Assembly (NCBI GenBank): GCA_964016885.1
Contig: OZ024744.1
Coordinates: 55,552,001-55,616,000 of the forward strand
Source: Eledone cirrhosa
Lineage: Eukaryota
Direction of reading: 5' to 3'
DNA length: 64,000 bases
Positions 43,340 through 56,464 of this stretch are shown here, piece after piece (position 1 is the first letter of the stretch; each line of letters starts with the position of its first letter). A program made the position numbers and the translations under genes. The notes beneath the pieces are model-generated. The model was not told the DNA's origin. It ran no database searches and worked only from the letters and a program-made list of their open reading frames with translations.

Positions 43340-46300
43340 TCATCATCATCGTTTAACGTCCATATTCCACGCTTGCATGGGTTTGGACGGGAGTTTTCCC
43401 ACTTGAGGCAAGAGTGGTTGTCTTGTTCGCATAGGACTGTCTGGCAGGTTTTCTATGGCTGGATGCCCTTCCTAACACCAACCACATTTACAGTGTGGAA
43501 CTGGGAGGTTTTTACCGTGTTACCTACACGGCCACATTACAGCGTGGACTGTGTGTTTTTTTGTCGTGACACCTACACGACCTCATTTGTTTCGGCCTGG
43601 ATGTTGTGGTCCCAACATAACTTTACATTGAAAGGGATGGAGTGGGGGTAGTGGGACGGGGGTGTATTTTGTTAGAGGTGCCTACTGACTGTAGTAGGTT
43701 TTACTTTGTATTTAGGTAAGGCGGGTCTTCTCTATTACTGTGTAGCGCCAAAGATCTCGGTCCACTGACATTGTCTTGGAGAGGTGTAAGTGTGTGAGGT
43801 CGGAATTTATCAAGTCGTCCCAGGTTTTTCTGGGTCTGCCTACTCCGTGGCTACCATCTATTTTTATTGCCCTGCACTTTTTTATACAGCTGTTGTCTTT
43901 CATGCGCATCACGTGACCATACCAACGTAGCCTTCTCTCGAGTAAACATCTGATCCCTCTTATTTCTAATTTTTCCCTTAGTTCGTTTATGCTTTGCCGT
44001 TCACGTATATTACTATTACACATGTAACGGAGCATGCAAGCTTCGTTCCTCTCTAGTCTGCGTATATCCTCTGCACACAATGCCCAGGTCTCCCTGCCAT
44101 GCAACATTGCTGTTCGTATGCAGGCATCATACAGCCTGCCTTTCATTTTTAGGGAGAACCCTTTAGCAGCTAATAGTAATATAAGCTCTCTGAACTTTTT
44201 CCATCCAGTTCTGACTCTAGCTACTGTACTTTCAGAGCACCCTCCCCCACTGCTGATTTTGTCACCCAGGTAACGGAAGCTGTCCACTATTTCTATAGAA
44301 CCGTCTGTGCAATTGAAAGAACTAGTATTTTGTGGGCACTTGCTGCTACTTATTGCACCAGAGCACCGGCCACATATAAAATCTATGTTCTTAGTTAGCT
44401 TACCTGTGATCCCACTACATCTTTTATGCACCCATAATTTGCATTTGGGACATAAAATGGAGTTTCTACCTACTCCTTTCCTCCACACTGAGCATGGCCA
44501 TTTCCCGGATGGGACCGGCGCCCTATTTTCCTTCTTACAAACTAGAACTTTAGTCTTAGACAGGTTAATTTTAAGGCCTTTTGATTCTAGGCCATGCTTC
44601 CATGTTTGGAATTTCTTTAGTTCGGCCATTGATTCAGCTATGAGCGTTAGATCATCTGCGTATAGGAGTTCCCATGGGCAGCCGGTCTTGAACTCCACTG
44701 TTATAGCCTGAAGGGCAATAATAAATAGTAGGGGGCTAAGAACGGAGCCCTGATGAACACCAACTTTTACGCTAAACTCTTCACTATATTCGTTGTTAAT
44801 TCTAACCTTGCTGACTGTTTCTTTATACATGGCTTGTATAGCTCTCACAAGCCATTCATCAACACCTAGTTTTCTAAGAGCCCACCAGATAATGGAACGG
44901 GGGACTCTGTCGAAGGCTTTCTCCAAGTCAACAAAAGCTAAGTATAGGGGTTTACTTTTAGCTAGGTACTTCTCCTGTAGTTGTCGTACAATGAAAAGAG
45001 CGTCTGTGGTACTTTTGCCCGACACAAACCCGAACTGCATTTCATCTAGGTCAATTCGCTCTGTGATTAGTTGCGCTATTACTTTTTCTGTGACCTTCAT
45101 GACCTGGTCAATAAATTAATGCCTCTATAGTTTCCCCTATCTATGACATCTCCTTTACCCTTGTAGCAGTTAATGATGATGATGCTACGCCAGTCCTTTG
45201 GTACGACCCCATTCTGTATGACTTGGTTTACTATCCGGGTGACCATGGTGTGTCCCACCGTTCCAGAAGCTTTCAGCATGTCAGCAACTATTTCCGAAGG
45301 CCCAGCCGCCTTACCCGTCTTTGTATCTTGATTGCCTTACTTATTATAGCTACCTTCTTATCAGCGTCAGTGATAGCAAGTACACCATCATCATTAAGTA
45401 CACACTTCTCCCCGATAATATCACGGTTTTCCTTGACACATTGCCTAGCAATCCTGAACACCTCACGTTTTTGGTCCTCGCGTTGTAGAACATGCTTGAA
45501 CTTTCTTTCCTCTGCTTCCCTTCTTGCGAAGTACACTTGTCTCCTAGCTTCCCTCCTGGCCACTTGATAGACTTCTCTACTTCTCCCATCCCGCCATACT
45601 TTCCAAGCCTGCTTTTTGGCTTTAATTGACTCCTCCACCTTACTGTTCCACCACCATGTTACTCTCCTCCTGCCTATAGGCCTGCTCCAGCCATAGACTT
45701 CGTCTGCCGCCATCAGCAGGTTTGCTTTCAGGAATTCCCACTGTTCCTCTATATTGTACGACTCTAAGTGCTCTTCCTTACTGTCGAAAGCATCAAGTAA
45801 TATGCTTTTAAATTTATTTCTCAAAGTGGGGTCCTTTAGCTTCCATATTTTTCTCCTGAGGATAGTCCTTCTGCTGTCGAGTATGTCTCGTCCTGACTAT
45901 GAGGTCGCTAATTATGAGTCTGTTGGGAGGTGCATTCTTCATGGGGGAGGGATTTAGTGTTTACAACAGACACTCTGTCAGGTCTTCTGGTAAGGATATA
46001 ATCTACCTGGCTGGTATGTTCCCCTGATCTGTAGGTGATCAAGTGATTGTCTCGTTTTTTGAAGTTAGTGTTACAGATAGTTAGGTTATTTGTGTCACAG
46101 AATTCCAGGATTCTGGAGCCTTCCTCATTTCTAGTACCAAACCCATAGCCTCCATGGATTCCATCATAGCCGTCACAATGTTGTCCAACGTGACCATTTA
46201 GGTCGCCAGCAATAATTATATAGTCACTGTCGGTTATTTGGGAGGTTGTGAGCATCAGTGTCTCATAGAAACTGTCTTTTATAGCACCAGACAGTCCGGA

Positions 46301-47200
46301 TTGGGGCGCGTACGCAGATACTACCGTCAGTAGTTCTATTTAGAACAAGTCTTATTTTAATTATTCTGTCATTCACTCTATTTATGTCTATTATCTTATC
46401 CACCCATTATTCTGCTAACATGATTCCTACCCCACCCAGCCCATTGTCATTTCCCACCCAGAAAAGCTTATAAGCATCGTTTTTTACCCACAATGAATCT
46501 AGCAGACCCGCCCCTCCACCTGGTCTCTTGGATACAGCAAAAATCAACCTCCTTACGTTCAAGCATTTCTACAACCTCGTTAGCGCAGCCTTTTAAGGTG
46601 CCTACATTCATGGTACCAACTCTGAAGTTTTGGATTGCGTTTGGTGGGTGGGGCGCAGGGAGAGGTGAGGGGGTTGGGGTTATGTTGGCCATCCGCGGCC
46701 GCAACAAAGAGGAGGGGGGCCTTGCCCTTTCGTCCGGCAGCATGAGGTGAATTTGTCGTTATCTTTGGCATTGTCTTCGAGTGTCCAGATTCTTCACTCT
46801 CCAGAAATTCCTTAGTCCATCCATCATATCGAAAAGCAACCAGAAGTGATAGCATAGGCCGTTGACTTGTGATTGGTCCAAATAATGAAGGTGGAGAGTG
46901 GGGGCGGGAGGGAGGAGTATGGGGTAGTTAGCGAGGAGCAGGCTTATTTATATTTGTTGCGTAGGGATTGAGAGCGAGTGAGAGGGAGATTGAGAGAGCG
47001 ACGTATATGATAGAGAAAGTGGGGGTTTTTTGAGGGCCGAGAGAGAGAGAGAGAAGCCATTTTTATGAATCCTTGAAAAAAATTTTTTTTTTCGTCCAAA
47101 TGGTAACGAGAAGATTATTTACACATAACAAGCGTGGAGAAGATTTTTAGAACAGTGAGACAGAATTATAGAAAAACAATTATGAATAGGATTTTGATTC
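43340..47200 (-). mobile_element. RTE family B near full-length copy, frameshifted (largest ORF 43712-45100)
   Basis: GTMNVGTL, IQETRW, GDLNGHVG, QFGF, DLEKAFD, GVHQGSVLSP, YADD, PHD-like finger, long 3' UTR, (GAT)n tail. Confidence 0.93.
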
Positions 47201-47204
47201 TGGG

Positions 47205-48352
47205 CGATTATAGATATATGGATGAATGAACCGAAGGGTGGAGAGTTTGATTGTCTTGATTTTTGAAGTTTGTGTTACAGATAGTTAGATTATTTGCGTC
47301 ACAGAATTCCATGATTCTGGAGCCTTCTTCATTTCTAGTACCAAACCCATAGCCTCCATGGATTCCGTCATAGCCGTCACAGTGTTGTCCAACATGACCA
47401 TTTAGGTCACCAGCAATAATTTTATAGTCACTGTCGGTTATTTGGGAGGTAATGAGCATTAACGACTCATAGAATCTGTCTTTTATAATGCCAGGCAGTT
47501 TGGGTTAGGGTGCATACGCAGATATTATTGTCACAGTAGTTCTATTGAGGACAAGTCTTATTTTAATTATTCTGTCGTTCACTCTATTTACATCTATTAT
47601 CTTATCTGCCCACTTTTCTGCTACCATGATTCCTTCTCCACCCAGCCCATTGTCATTTCCTACCCAGAAAAGCTTATAGCATCGTTTTTTACCCACAATG
47701 AATCTAGCAGACCCACCCTTCCACCTGGTCTCTTGAATACAGCAAGCATCTCTACAACCTCGTTAGAGCGACCTTTTAAAGTACCTACATTCATGGTACC
47801 AACGTTTGGTGGGTGGGAAGGACAGGCGCAGGGAGGGGTGAAAGAGATGGGGCTGTGTTAGCCTTCCGCGGCCTAAATAAAGAGGAGTCCTTGGCATTGT
47901 CACTGAGTGCCCAGATTTTTTCAGACTCTCCAGAATTCTTTAGTCCATCCATCATATCGAAAGGCAACCAGGTCTAAACTTAAGTGATAACATAGGCTGC
48001 TGACTTATGATTGGTCCAAATAATAATGGTGGTGAATGGGGCGGGGTGAGGGATCTGGGGTAGTTAGCGAGAAGGTTATAAAATAAAACCCACGAAATTT
48101 TGGCCATAATCGAACGAGCATATAACTGTAATAAGGGAAGAATTATGGGATTTTAAAATATAAGGTTCTCAAATAAAATCCACGAAATTTTGGCCATAAT
48201 CGAATGAGCATATAACTGTAATAAGGGAAGAATTATGGGATTTTAAAATACAAGATTATTTTGAACGATCAGACAGAATTATCGAATAGCATTGAAAAAT
48301 AAAAGGTTATATTCTGGATGATATGATACAGATAGATGAATGGACCAGGGAG
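47205..48352 (-). mobile_element. 5' fragment (UTR + APE) of an RTE-B-related subfamily, with a 90-bp tandem duplication at 48081-48250
   Basis: Parallels 46045-46935; 'aaataaaa.ccacgaaattttggccataatcg' recurs at 48081 and 48171. Confidence 0.85.
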
Positions 48353-48373
48353 ATATATATATATATATATATA

Positions 48374-48767
48374 TCATCATCGTTTTACGTCCGTTCTTCC
48401 ACGTTACCATGAGTTAGACGGGTTGTCCTGTTGCGGGCAGTGTCCAGTCGGTTGACCTTGTCTTGCTCATACAGGAACTGATTCTGGCTTGGTCTCTCAT
48501 TTACAGTGAGTGCTGGGTGTCTTTTTCCGTGGCACCTATACAGTGTGGACTGGGTGCTTGTTTGCCGTTCCACCTCCACAACCACTTTGCAGTGGGAGGG
48601 TGTGGGGGCATATTGTCTATCTGCTTCAGCTGCAGCTTGTTCCTGTGAGGGGTTCGGGTCTTTTGTATTACTGTGCGACGCCAGAGGTCACGGTCGTGTG
48701 TCATTGCTCTTGAGAGGTGTTTATCACCTCATCCCAGCTCTTCTTGGGTCTCCCTACTCCGAGGCTT

Positions 48768-48768
<1 letters not shown>
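48374..48768 (-). mobile_element. 3' fragment of RTE family D
   Basis: GVGRPKKSWDEVI and MTHDRDLWRRTV; tail 'ggacgtaaaacgatgatgat'; a small terminal piece also at 57603-57660. Confidence 0.8.
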
Positions 48769-48822
<54 letters not shown>

Positions 48823-48825
<3 letters not shown>

Positions 48826-49682
48826 GGTGCAGGCGATATTTGTTCTCAAGATTACTGTCTAGGAAAAAATAACACAGTAGTTTTATTTTTTAAGATATAT
48901 TTATCAAACTTGGGTCAGTTTGTCTTCATGACTTGTTCTTTCGACCTCACTCGATAAACCCACCATTGGCTTTGATGGCGGCCTCGGAACTGGCTACAAG
49001 CCTTTGTCACTGTCTCCCGACTTAGGCCCCTAAAGGCACTTGTGATCCTGGCCTTCAGATCGTCTTTCGTATTGCAGCTAGATCTGTTGGTGTCTCGTTC
49101 CACTGCGCCCCACAGAAAGTGGAGGGGGTTGCAGTCAGGCGAGCTGGGAGGCCAGATGTCAGATGAAGTGTGGTCGACAAAGTTCTCTGACAGTCAGGTT
49201 TGGGTCTTTCGGCTGGTATGGCAGGGCGCTGAGTCTTGCTGTCACACGTACGGCCTACCTGCAGCTACCTGGTCGATCCAGGGCTTTACTACCTCGCTCA
49301 GAACGCGGTTGTAGCCATCGGTGTTCAGCTTGAGGCCCTCAGGGAAGAAGTGAGGTGGCATGACGATACCTAAGACCAATGTTGTCGATGGAAACTTTGT
49401 CTGCATGACTCTGGGCACGTCTTTGGATGAGACACCATCCTCCTGCTGACGCTGAGAAAGTCTGAAATTTCCTTATTTGTCCTCCCGGCGCGGATTCCAA
49501 GAAGAACTCCGTGTCTCTTCCACAAATTTAGAGGTTCAAAATAATTCATAATCAATTATTCTGAAAATAAATAATGGAAATATAGTCACTGTTTTTATGA
49601 AGACAAGAGTGACAACGGAAGGAGAAAAAATTTGCATAAAATTAGCAGTTGAAAATTGCAAACAAATATCGTCCTCACCCTG
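48823..49682 (-). mobile_element. Internally deleted Tc1/mariner-superfamily transposon (maT/DD37D-like)
   Basis: Imperfect ~22-bp TIRs CAGGGTG...CGATATTTGTT flanked by TA; QQDSAPCHTSRKTQ, WPPSSPDCNPL, DDLKARITSAF; N-terminal HTH remnant. Confidence 0.88.
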
Positions 49683-49717
49683 TATATGTATGTATGTGTG
49701 TGTACATAGAGAGAGAG

Positions 49718-50052
49718 AGAGGCACATGGCTTAGTGGTTAGAGCATTGGCCTTGCAATCGAAAGGTTGTGAGTTCAATTCTCAGACTGGGTGACGTGTTG
49801 TTTCCTTGAGCAAGACACTTTATTTCACATTGCTCCAGTTTACTGAGCTGTAGAATTGAGATAAGGATTGAAGTCCCTATCATTGCACTGCAAAGTGATC
49901 GTGGAGGTGCCATGGCAAAAAAACACCCAGCACTCACTGTAAATGAGGTTGGTGTTAGGAAGGGCATCCAGATGTAGAAATCAAGCCAGAATCAGTTCCC
50001 GTCCCACCCTTGCAAGCAGGGAAAAAGCGGACGTGAAATGAAATGATGATGA

Positions 50053-50055
<3 letters not shown>
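49718..50055 (+). mobile_element. Young SINE copy 3, full length
   Basis: A/B boxes, RTE-A-type terminus, (ATG)n tail. Confidence 0.9.
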
Positions 50056-50094
<39 letters not shown>

Positions 50095-51110
50095 GAATTA
50101 GTTTTGCGAGGTTTTTTATATGAAATCGTGTGTCGAAAAAAATATTGTTATACTTGGGGAGGGTCATATTTGTGTAATATTGCCAGAATTAATAACAGAA
50201 CACACTCACTGTTTGGTTGGTTTTCGCTTTTCGCTTCTGTGTCTTTTATATCGGTAATCTAATTTATTCGGTCCTCAATGTTGCCATTGACTGACCAACG
50301 GTAAAAAATAATACAGATACAATATAGACACAAACACATATATATAGTTTATTAAAGTTCTTTCGTTGCACATCTGCAACATCGTCAGTGGTGCTATTGT
50401 TTCCTCCCTTTACATTGTATTTTCTACGCCATCTTTATTTAGTCTGTTTATATATTTATTTATTTGTTTATTTTATTTTGTCTTCTTTGCGCATGCGTTT
50501 GCGTGTGTGTATAGTGTTTTGTTTGATGTGTGTTCGTGATTGGGTGACTGTGTATTGGTTAATGTATTCTATCTTTACTAGTATGTGTTTATATGTGTTT
50601 GTTGTTATTGTGCTTGTGTATGTATTTATTTATTTATCTATTTATTTATTTATTTATACTTCTCTTAGGTCAGTGTTGTTTGTTTGGGTGTTGTTATTCC
50701 ATTCATTCTTTCTGTTTAGCCTTGGGCTTCTAAGTTCTATTTCACTGGCCTTTCTGATTTGCCTATCTGCTGGGTCATTTCTATGTTTAGATATTATTCT
50801 GATTTCTATGTTGTCTATGTTACCGTTGTGTTGTTGTCTGGCATGTTCGTATAGTACTGACCCGTTTTTTCATCCTTTTAGTTCCCCCCAGTGTTGGTCT
50901 ATCCTTTCACCTATGCTACGAGCTGTCTCACCTATGTATGTTGTTGTCATGTTTCTGCAAGTACCCTCTGTACATCTTATGCTATAGACTACGTTTCTAG
51001 TTTTACAGTTTATCCGGAGGTTTACCTTACATACGATACATTTCCTATTAGTACAGTGGGTTTTCTTAAAAGGGTAGGTTTTGCTGATCAGGGATTTTAT
51101 CAACGAATGC
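50095..51110 (-). mobile_element. Penelope-like 3' fragment (Neptune-like GIY-YIG with Cys linker and CCHH) plus downstream non-coding region
   Basis: CTNRKCIVC...CKTRNVVYSIRCTEGTC..YIGETARSIGERIDQH; frameshifted SVLYEHARQQH...LNRKNE; terminal segment related to 55905-56015. Confidence 0.85.
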
Positions 51111-51209
51111 CTTCAGCAGTGCAGCCCAAGCAGTCGACAAATAAATATATATATATTTATTTATATATATATATTTATTTATATATTTATATATATATAT
51201 ATATATATA

Positions 51210-52075
51210 TTGGACATCTATGAAGTCCAAGATCACTAGTTCAAATCATACAAGAACAAATCCAGGATGCAGTTGCAGGAAGCCGGATGAATGCCCATTG
51301 CAGGGTAAATGTAACACCAAATCTGTTGTTTATGAGGCTAAAATAACACCGGTAATCAACAACCAGCCAGCCAGGAGTGAGCGATATATCGGTATGACCC
51401 AGGACAGGTTTAAAACCAGATTTTACTCACATGTCGCTTCTTTTAAGCACTCCGATAAACGAACATCAACGGCCCTCGCAAGTAAGGTGTGGGAATTCAA
51501 GGATAGTAACATCCCGTATTCTATCGATTGGTCTATCTTAGACCATTCATAGGGAGTACCAAAGGGGCACGAAGAATTGTTCTTTGTGTAGCACAGAAAA
51601 ATATAGGATTTTGCTAAACTTGAGAGCCACTTCTGCTTGCCTAAACTTAAAGACAGATCTTCAGATGTTGTCCTCATCTGAAATCACATCTGATCTGTAA
51701 CTGGATTGACACTCCTATGATAAATCAACCGCCTTGAACTCCTTCTCTGCTCTTTACTTCTGCTACGGTTTCTTTTTATTTGCTGAATCCACGTTCTGTA
51801 CTCTTTTCTTTTTCTCCCTTATATTTCACCTTTTTCTATGTCTTTGCCCCCCCCCCCCATATATTCTTTTTGCCTTACCCTTCACATACCAAAATGTATG
51901 TGTATGTATATGTATGTGTATATATATATATATATATATGTGTGTGTATATATATGTATATGTAGATAGACCAGGTTTTTTTCATTCTGATGATTGAAGG
52001 CAAATTTTTTTGCTTTTAAGAAACCATTGGTGAATGGAATAATTGCCTTATGTTTATTACATTACTACTATATAT
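51210..52075 (+). mobile_element. Penelope-like 3' fragment (Naiad-like GIY-YIG) followed by a hammerhead-containing terminus
   Basis: CSCRKPDECPLQGKC, VVYEA, YIGMT, FKTRFYSH, STALASKVW, then CSLCSTEK in a shifted frame. Confidence 0.85.
51980..52039 (+). ncRNA. Type I hammerhead motif (HH-2), cleavage triplet is GUG
   Basis: tttcatt-CTGATGA-[ttgaaggcaa..ttgcttttaa]-GAAA-ccattgg-TG-aatggaa. Confidence 0.7.
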
Positions 52076-52128
52076 ATGTATATATAAGGTTCATATGAAT
52101 TATCTAAGATTGAGTTTTACACACACAC

Positions 52129-52192
<64 letters not shown>

Positions 52193-52847
52193 GTATATAT
52201 ATATGTGTATATATATATGTATATATATGTATATATATATATGTATGTGTGTGTGTTTGTATTTGATTGTGCATGTTTGTGATATGTACGTATTTGTATG
52301 TGTATAATTGTATAGCTACGTATGTATGTGTGTGTGTATGTATATATATGTGTATGTGTTATATATGTATATATGTGTATGTATATATGTATATATGTGT
52401 ATGTGTATATGTGTATGTATATATGTGTATGTGTATATGTGTGTGTATATATGTATATGTGTGTGTTTGTGTATGGATGCGTTTATGTATTTGTATATTT
52501 GTGTGAGTGTGTGTATGTATTTACTTTTTCGTACGTATGTGTACGTGCATTTGTGTGTATTGCTTACCACGCGTGTCTGTTCATCTACTCGTCGCTTGTA
52601 TCGCTCTCAACTGTATAATAGTCTTTATTTTTTATATATATTTTTCTTGTATTTGCGTGTGTGAATATGTAGAGGTGTGTATATTTTTCTAATTTTGTAC
52701 ATGCATATGTACGCATTTATGTATGTGTATGTATGTACGTCTGCATATAGGTATGATTGTGTGCATGTATGTATGTATATGTATGTGTGTATGGCTATGT
52801 ATGTGTATGCATGTATATATATATATGTGTATCCATGTATATATATA

Positions 52848-52906
<59 letters not shown>

Positions 52907-53153
52907 TTCTATTTCTATATATATATGTGTGTGTGGTTGTATATATGTATGTGTATTTATATACACATATGTGTATATGTGTGTGTATGTATGAGTGTAT
53001 ATATATATATATGTGTGTGTGTATGTATGCTTTTGTGTGTGTTTGCATGTGTGGTTTTATTTTATTTTTCCTTTCCTTCTTTCTCCAGCCACACTTTCAT
53101 ATAGATTGCATTTTTGTTTTTAAAATGCAAATTCAATAAACAGACCAGGATTT

Positions 53154-53215
53154 TTTCATTCTGAGGATTGAAAGCAAAAAACTTTTTGCTTTTCAGAAAC
53201 CACTGGTAAATGGAA
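53154..53215 (+). ncRNA. Type I hammerhead motif (HH-2), GUA site
   Basis: tttcatt-CTGAGGA-[ttgaaagcaaaaa..tttttgcttttca]-GAAA-ccactgg-TA-aatggaa. Confidence 0.75.
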
Positions 53216-53860
53216 TAATTGCCTTATGTTGTTTATTACATAACTATTAAGCTCTGTTACCTACATAGAGCACTCTTTTTTCCTGGACTTTTCCAATGGA
53301 ATTACTTCATTTATATATATATATATATATATATATTTATTTATATATATATATATAAATATTTATTTATATATATATTTATTTATATATTTATATATAT
53401 ATTTATTTATATATTTATTTATATATTTATATATATATTTATCTATATGTTTATATATATATTTATATATATAATATATATATTTATATATATATATATT
53501 TATTTATATATATTTATATATATATATATTTATTTATATATATATATATATTTATTTATATATATATATATTTATTTATATATATATATATTTATTTATA
53601 TATATTTATTTATATATATTTATTTATATATATTTAAACAATTAAGTTAAAAATGTACATCCACATATGTATACTGAAATACTAGTATGCATATGAATAC
53701 ACACACGTGTACATATGTAGATGTACCGAGTTTTTCACTGGACACTTTACTGTGAGTGTCCAGCTATTCTGTATGTAAACACACAGACAAACCGGTTTTT
53801 AGAGTCATACTGGTTTTCGAGGAAACACCTTTCCTCTATTCTCCAGAAAGCCAGACAAGG

Positions 53861-53905
53861 AATATTGGACTAGTTTCGATGTTGTTACATCTGATCAGCA
53901 ATATT
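53861..53905 (-). ncRNA. Minimal hammerhead (HH-3), core mutated (CTGATCA)
   Basis: Reverse complement of 54710-54754 except G8>C. Confidence 0.75.
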
Positions 53906-54709
53906 TACCTATCTTCCGGCCTTTCTAGAGAATCGTAAAAGCACATATCGTTATATGCTTTTTCTATGAAAATTAGTAGTGGGCAGACTAATTTGCATAG
54001 AGCGTGAGTACATACCGGTTCAGCGGAGACGATAAAAACAAATAACGAAACGAAATTAAATTTCGTTTTGTTTGTAACTCACTTTTGTATGACTGACGCT
54101 TAAACAATTAAGTTAAAAATGTACATCCACATATGTATACTGAAATACTAGTATGCATATGAATACACACACGTGTACATATGTAGATGTACCGAGTTTT
54201 TCACTGGACACTTTACTGTGAGTGTCCAGCTATTCTGTATGTAAACACACAGACAAACCGGTTTTTAGAGTCATACTGGTTTTCGAGGAAACACCTTTCC
54301 TCTATTCTCCAGAAAGCCAGACAAGGAATATTGGACTAGTATGACTCTAAAAACCGGTTTGTCTGTGTGTTTACATACAGAATAGCTGGACACTCACAGT
54401 AAAGTGTCCAGTGAAAAACTCGGTACATCTACATATGTACACGTGTGTGTATTCATATGCATACTAGTATTTCAGTATACATATGTGGATGTACATTTTT
54501 AACTTAATTGTTTAAGCGTCAGTCATACAAAAGTGAGTTACAAACGAAACGAAATTTAATTTCGTTTCGTTATTTGTTTTTATCGTCTCCGCTGAACCGG
54601 TATGTACTCACGCTCTATGCAAATTAGTCTGCCCACTACTAATTTTCATAGAAAAAGCATATAACGATATGTGCTTTTACGATTCTCTAGAAAGGCCGGA
54701 AGATAGGTA

Positions 54710-54754
54710 AATATTGCTGATGAGATGTAACAACATCGAAACTAGTCCAATATT
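54710..54754 (+). ncRNA. Canonical minimal type I hammerhead ribozyme (HH-3), predicted cleavage after 54747
   Basis: aatattg-CTGATGA-gatgt(aaca)acatc-GAAA-ctag-TC-caatatt; perfect stems I and II, palindromic ACTAGT stem III. Confidence 0.9.
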
Positions 54755-55141
54755 CCTTGTCTGGCTTTCTGGAGAATAGAGGAAAGGTGTTTCCTCGAAA
54801 ACCAGTATGACTCTAAAAACCGGTTTGTCTGTGTGTTTACATACAGAATAGCTGGACACTCACAGTAAAGTGTCCAGTGAAAAACTCGGTACATCTACAT
54901 ATGTACACGTGTGTGTATTCATATGCATACTAGTATTTCAGTATACATATGTGGATGTACATTTTTAACTTAATTGTTTAAGCGTCAGTCATACAAAAGT
55001 GAGTTACAAACGAAACGAAATTTAATTTCGTTTCGTTATTTGTTTTTATATATATTTATTTATATATATATATATTTATTTATATATATTTATTTATATA
55101 TATATATTTATATATATTTATATATATTTATATATATATAT

Positions 55142-55830
55142 AATTAAGTTAAAAATGTACATCCACATATGTATACTGAAATACTAGTATGCATATGAAT
55201 ACACACACGTGTACATATGTAGATGTACCGAGTTTTTCACTGGTCACTTTACTGTGAGTGTCCAGCTATTCTGTATGTAAACACGCAGACAAACCGGTTT
55301 TTCGAGTCATACTGGTTTTTGAGGAAACACCTTTCCTCTATTCTCCAGAAAGCCAGACAAGGAATATTGGACTAGTTTCGATGTTACATCTCATCAGCAA
55401 TATTTACCTATCTTCCGGCCTTTCTAGAGAATCGTAAAAGCACATATCGTCATATGCTTTTTCTATGAAAATTAGTAGTGGGCAGACTAATTTGCATAGA
55501 GCGTAAGTACGTACCGGTTCAGCGGAGACGATAAAAACAAATAACGAAACGAAATTAAATTTCGTTTCGTTTGTAACTCACTTTTGTATGACTCTAAAAA
55601 CCGGTTTGTCTGCGTGTTTACATACAGAATAGCTGGACACTCACAGTAAAGTGACCAGTGAAAAACTCGGTACATCTACATATGTACACGTGTGTGTATT
55701 CATATGCATACTAGTATTTCAGTATACATATGTGGATGTACATTTTTAACTTAATTGTTTAAGCGTCAGTCATACAAAAGTGAGTTACAAACGAAACGAA
55801 ATTTAATTTCGTTTCGTTATTTGTTTTTAT
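55142..55830. mobile_element. Retrozyme-like cassette 2: ~1 unit fused to ~0.5 inverted unit
   Basis: Same unit as cassette 1; inversion at GTATGACT 55586-55593. Confidence 0.9.
55363..55404 (-). ncRNA. Minimal hammerhead (HH-3), intact core, stem II 3 nt shorter
   Basis: aatattg-CTGATGA-gatg(taa)catc-GAAA-ctag-TC-caatatt on the minus strand. Confidence 0.87.
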
Positions 55831-55841
55831 ATATATATATT

Positions 55842-55877
<36 letters not shown>

Positions 55878-56215
55878 TATATATATATATTTATATATAT
55901 ATATTTCGTTTCTGAATTTGTTTAGCAAGATTCTTTATCTGAAATCGTGTGTTGAAACCGATATTGTTATACTTTGGGAGGGTCATGTTGTCAATAAGAA
56001 ACACACGCACCAGTTGCTTTCACTTCAATTTATTATATATTTATAAATTTATAATTTATAAATTTCTGGTTGGTTGGTTGGTTCCACAACCAGATAGTTG
56101 TTTATATATAGTCATAGTTCTTTCGTCACAGTTCTTTCGTAACAGCCGTACTAAGAGTGGGAATTTCATTTCATTTCAATTTTTCCGTATATATATATAT
56201 TTATATATATATATA

Positions 56216-56248
<33 letters not shown>

Positions 56249-56464
56249 TTATTTATATATTTATTTATATATATTTATTTATATATATTTATTTATATAT
56301 ATATTTATTTATATATATATTTATTTATTTATATATATATTTATTTATTTATATATATATTTATTTATTTATATATATATTTATTTATTTATATATATAT
56401 ATATATTTATTTATATATATATATATATTTATTTATATATATATAAATATTTATTTATATATAT

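Larger units (their letters stand above)
53634..55049. mobile_element. Retrozyme-like cassette 1: ~1.5 units of a 466-bp repeat fused to ~1.5 inverted units
   Basis: Period 466 (53634 vs 54100; 54341 vs 54807); inversion point at 54338-54340; flanked by (TA)n. Confidence 0.9.

Noticed and set aside
53756-53938. 60-aa ORF repeated in the 466-bp unit
   Set aside because: Non-ATG start, no recognisable motif; recurrence is explained by the repeat
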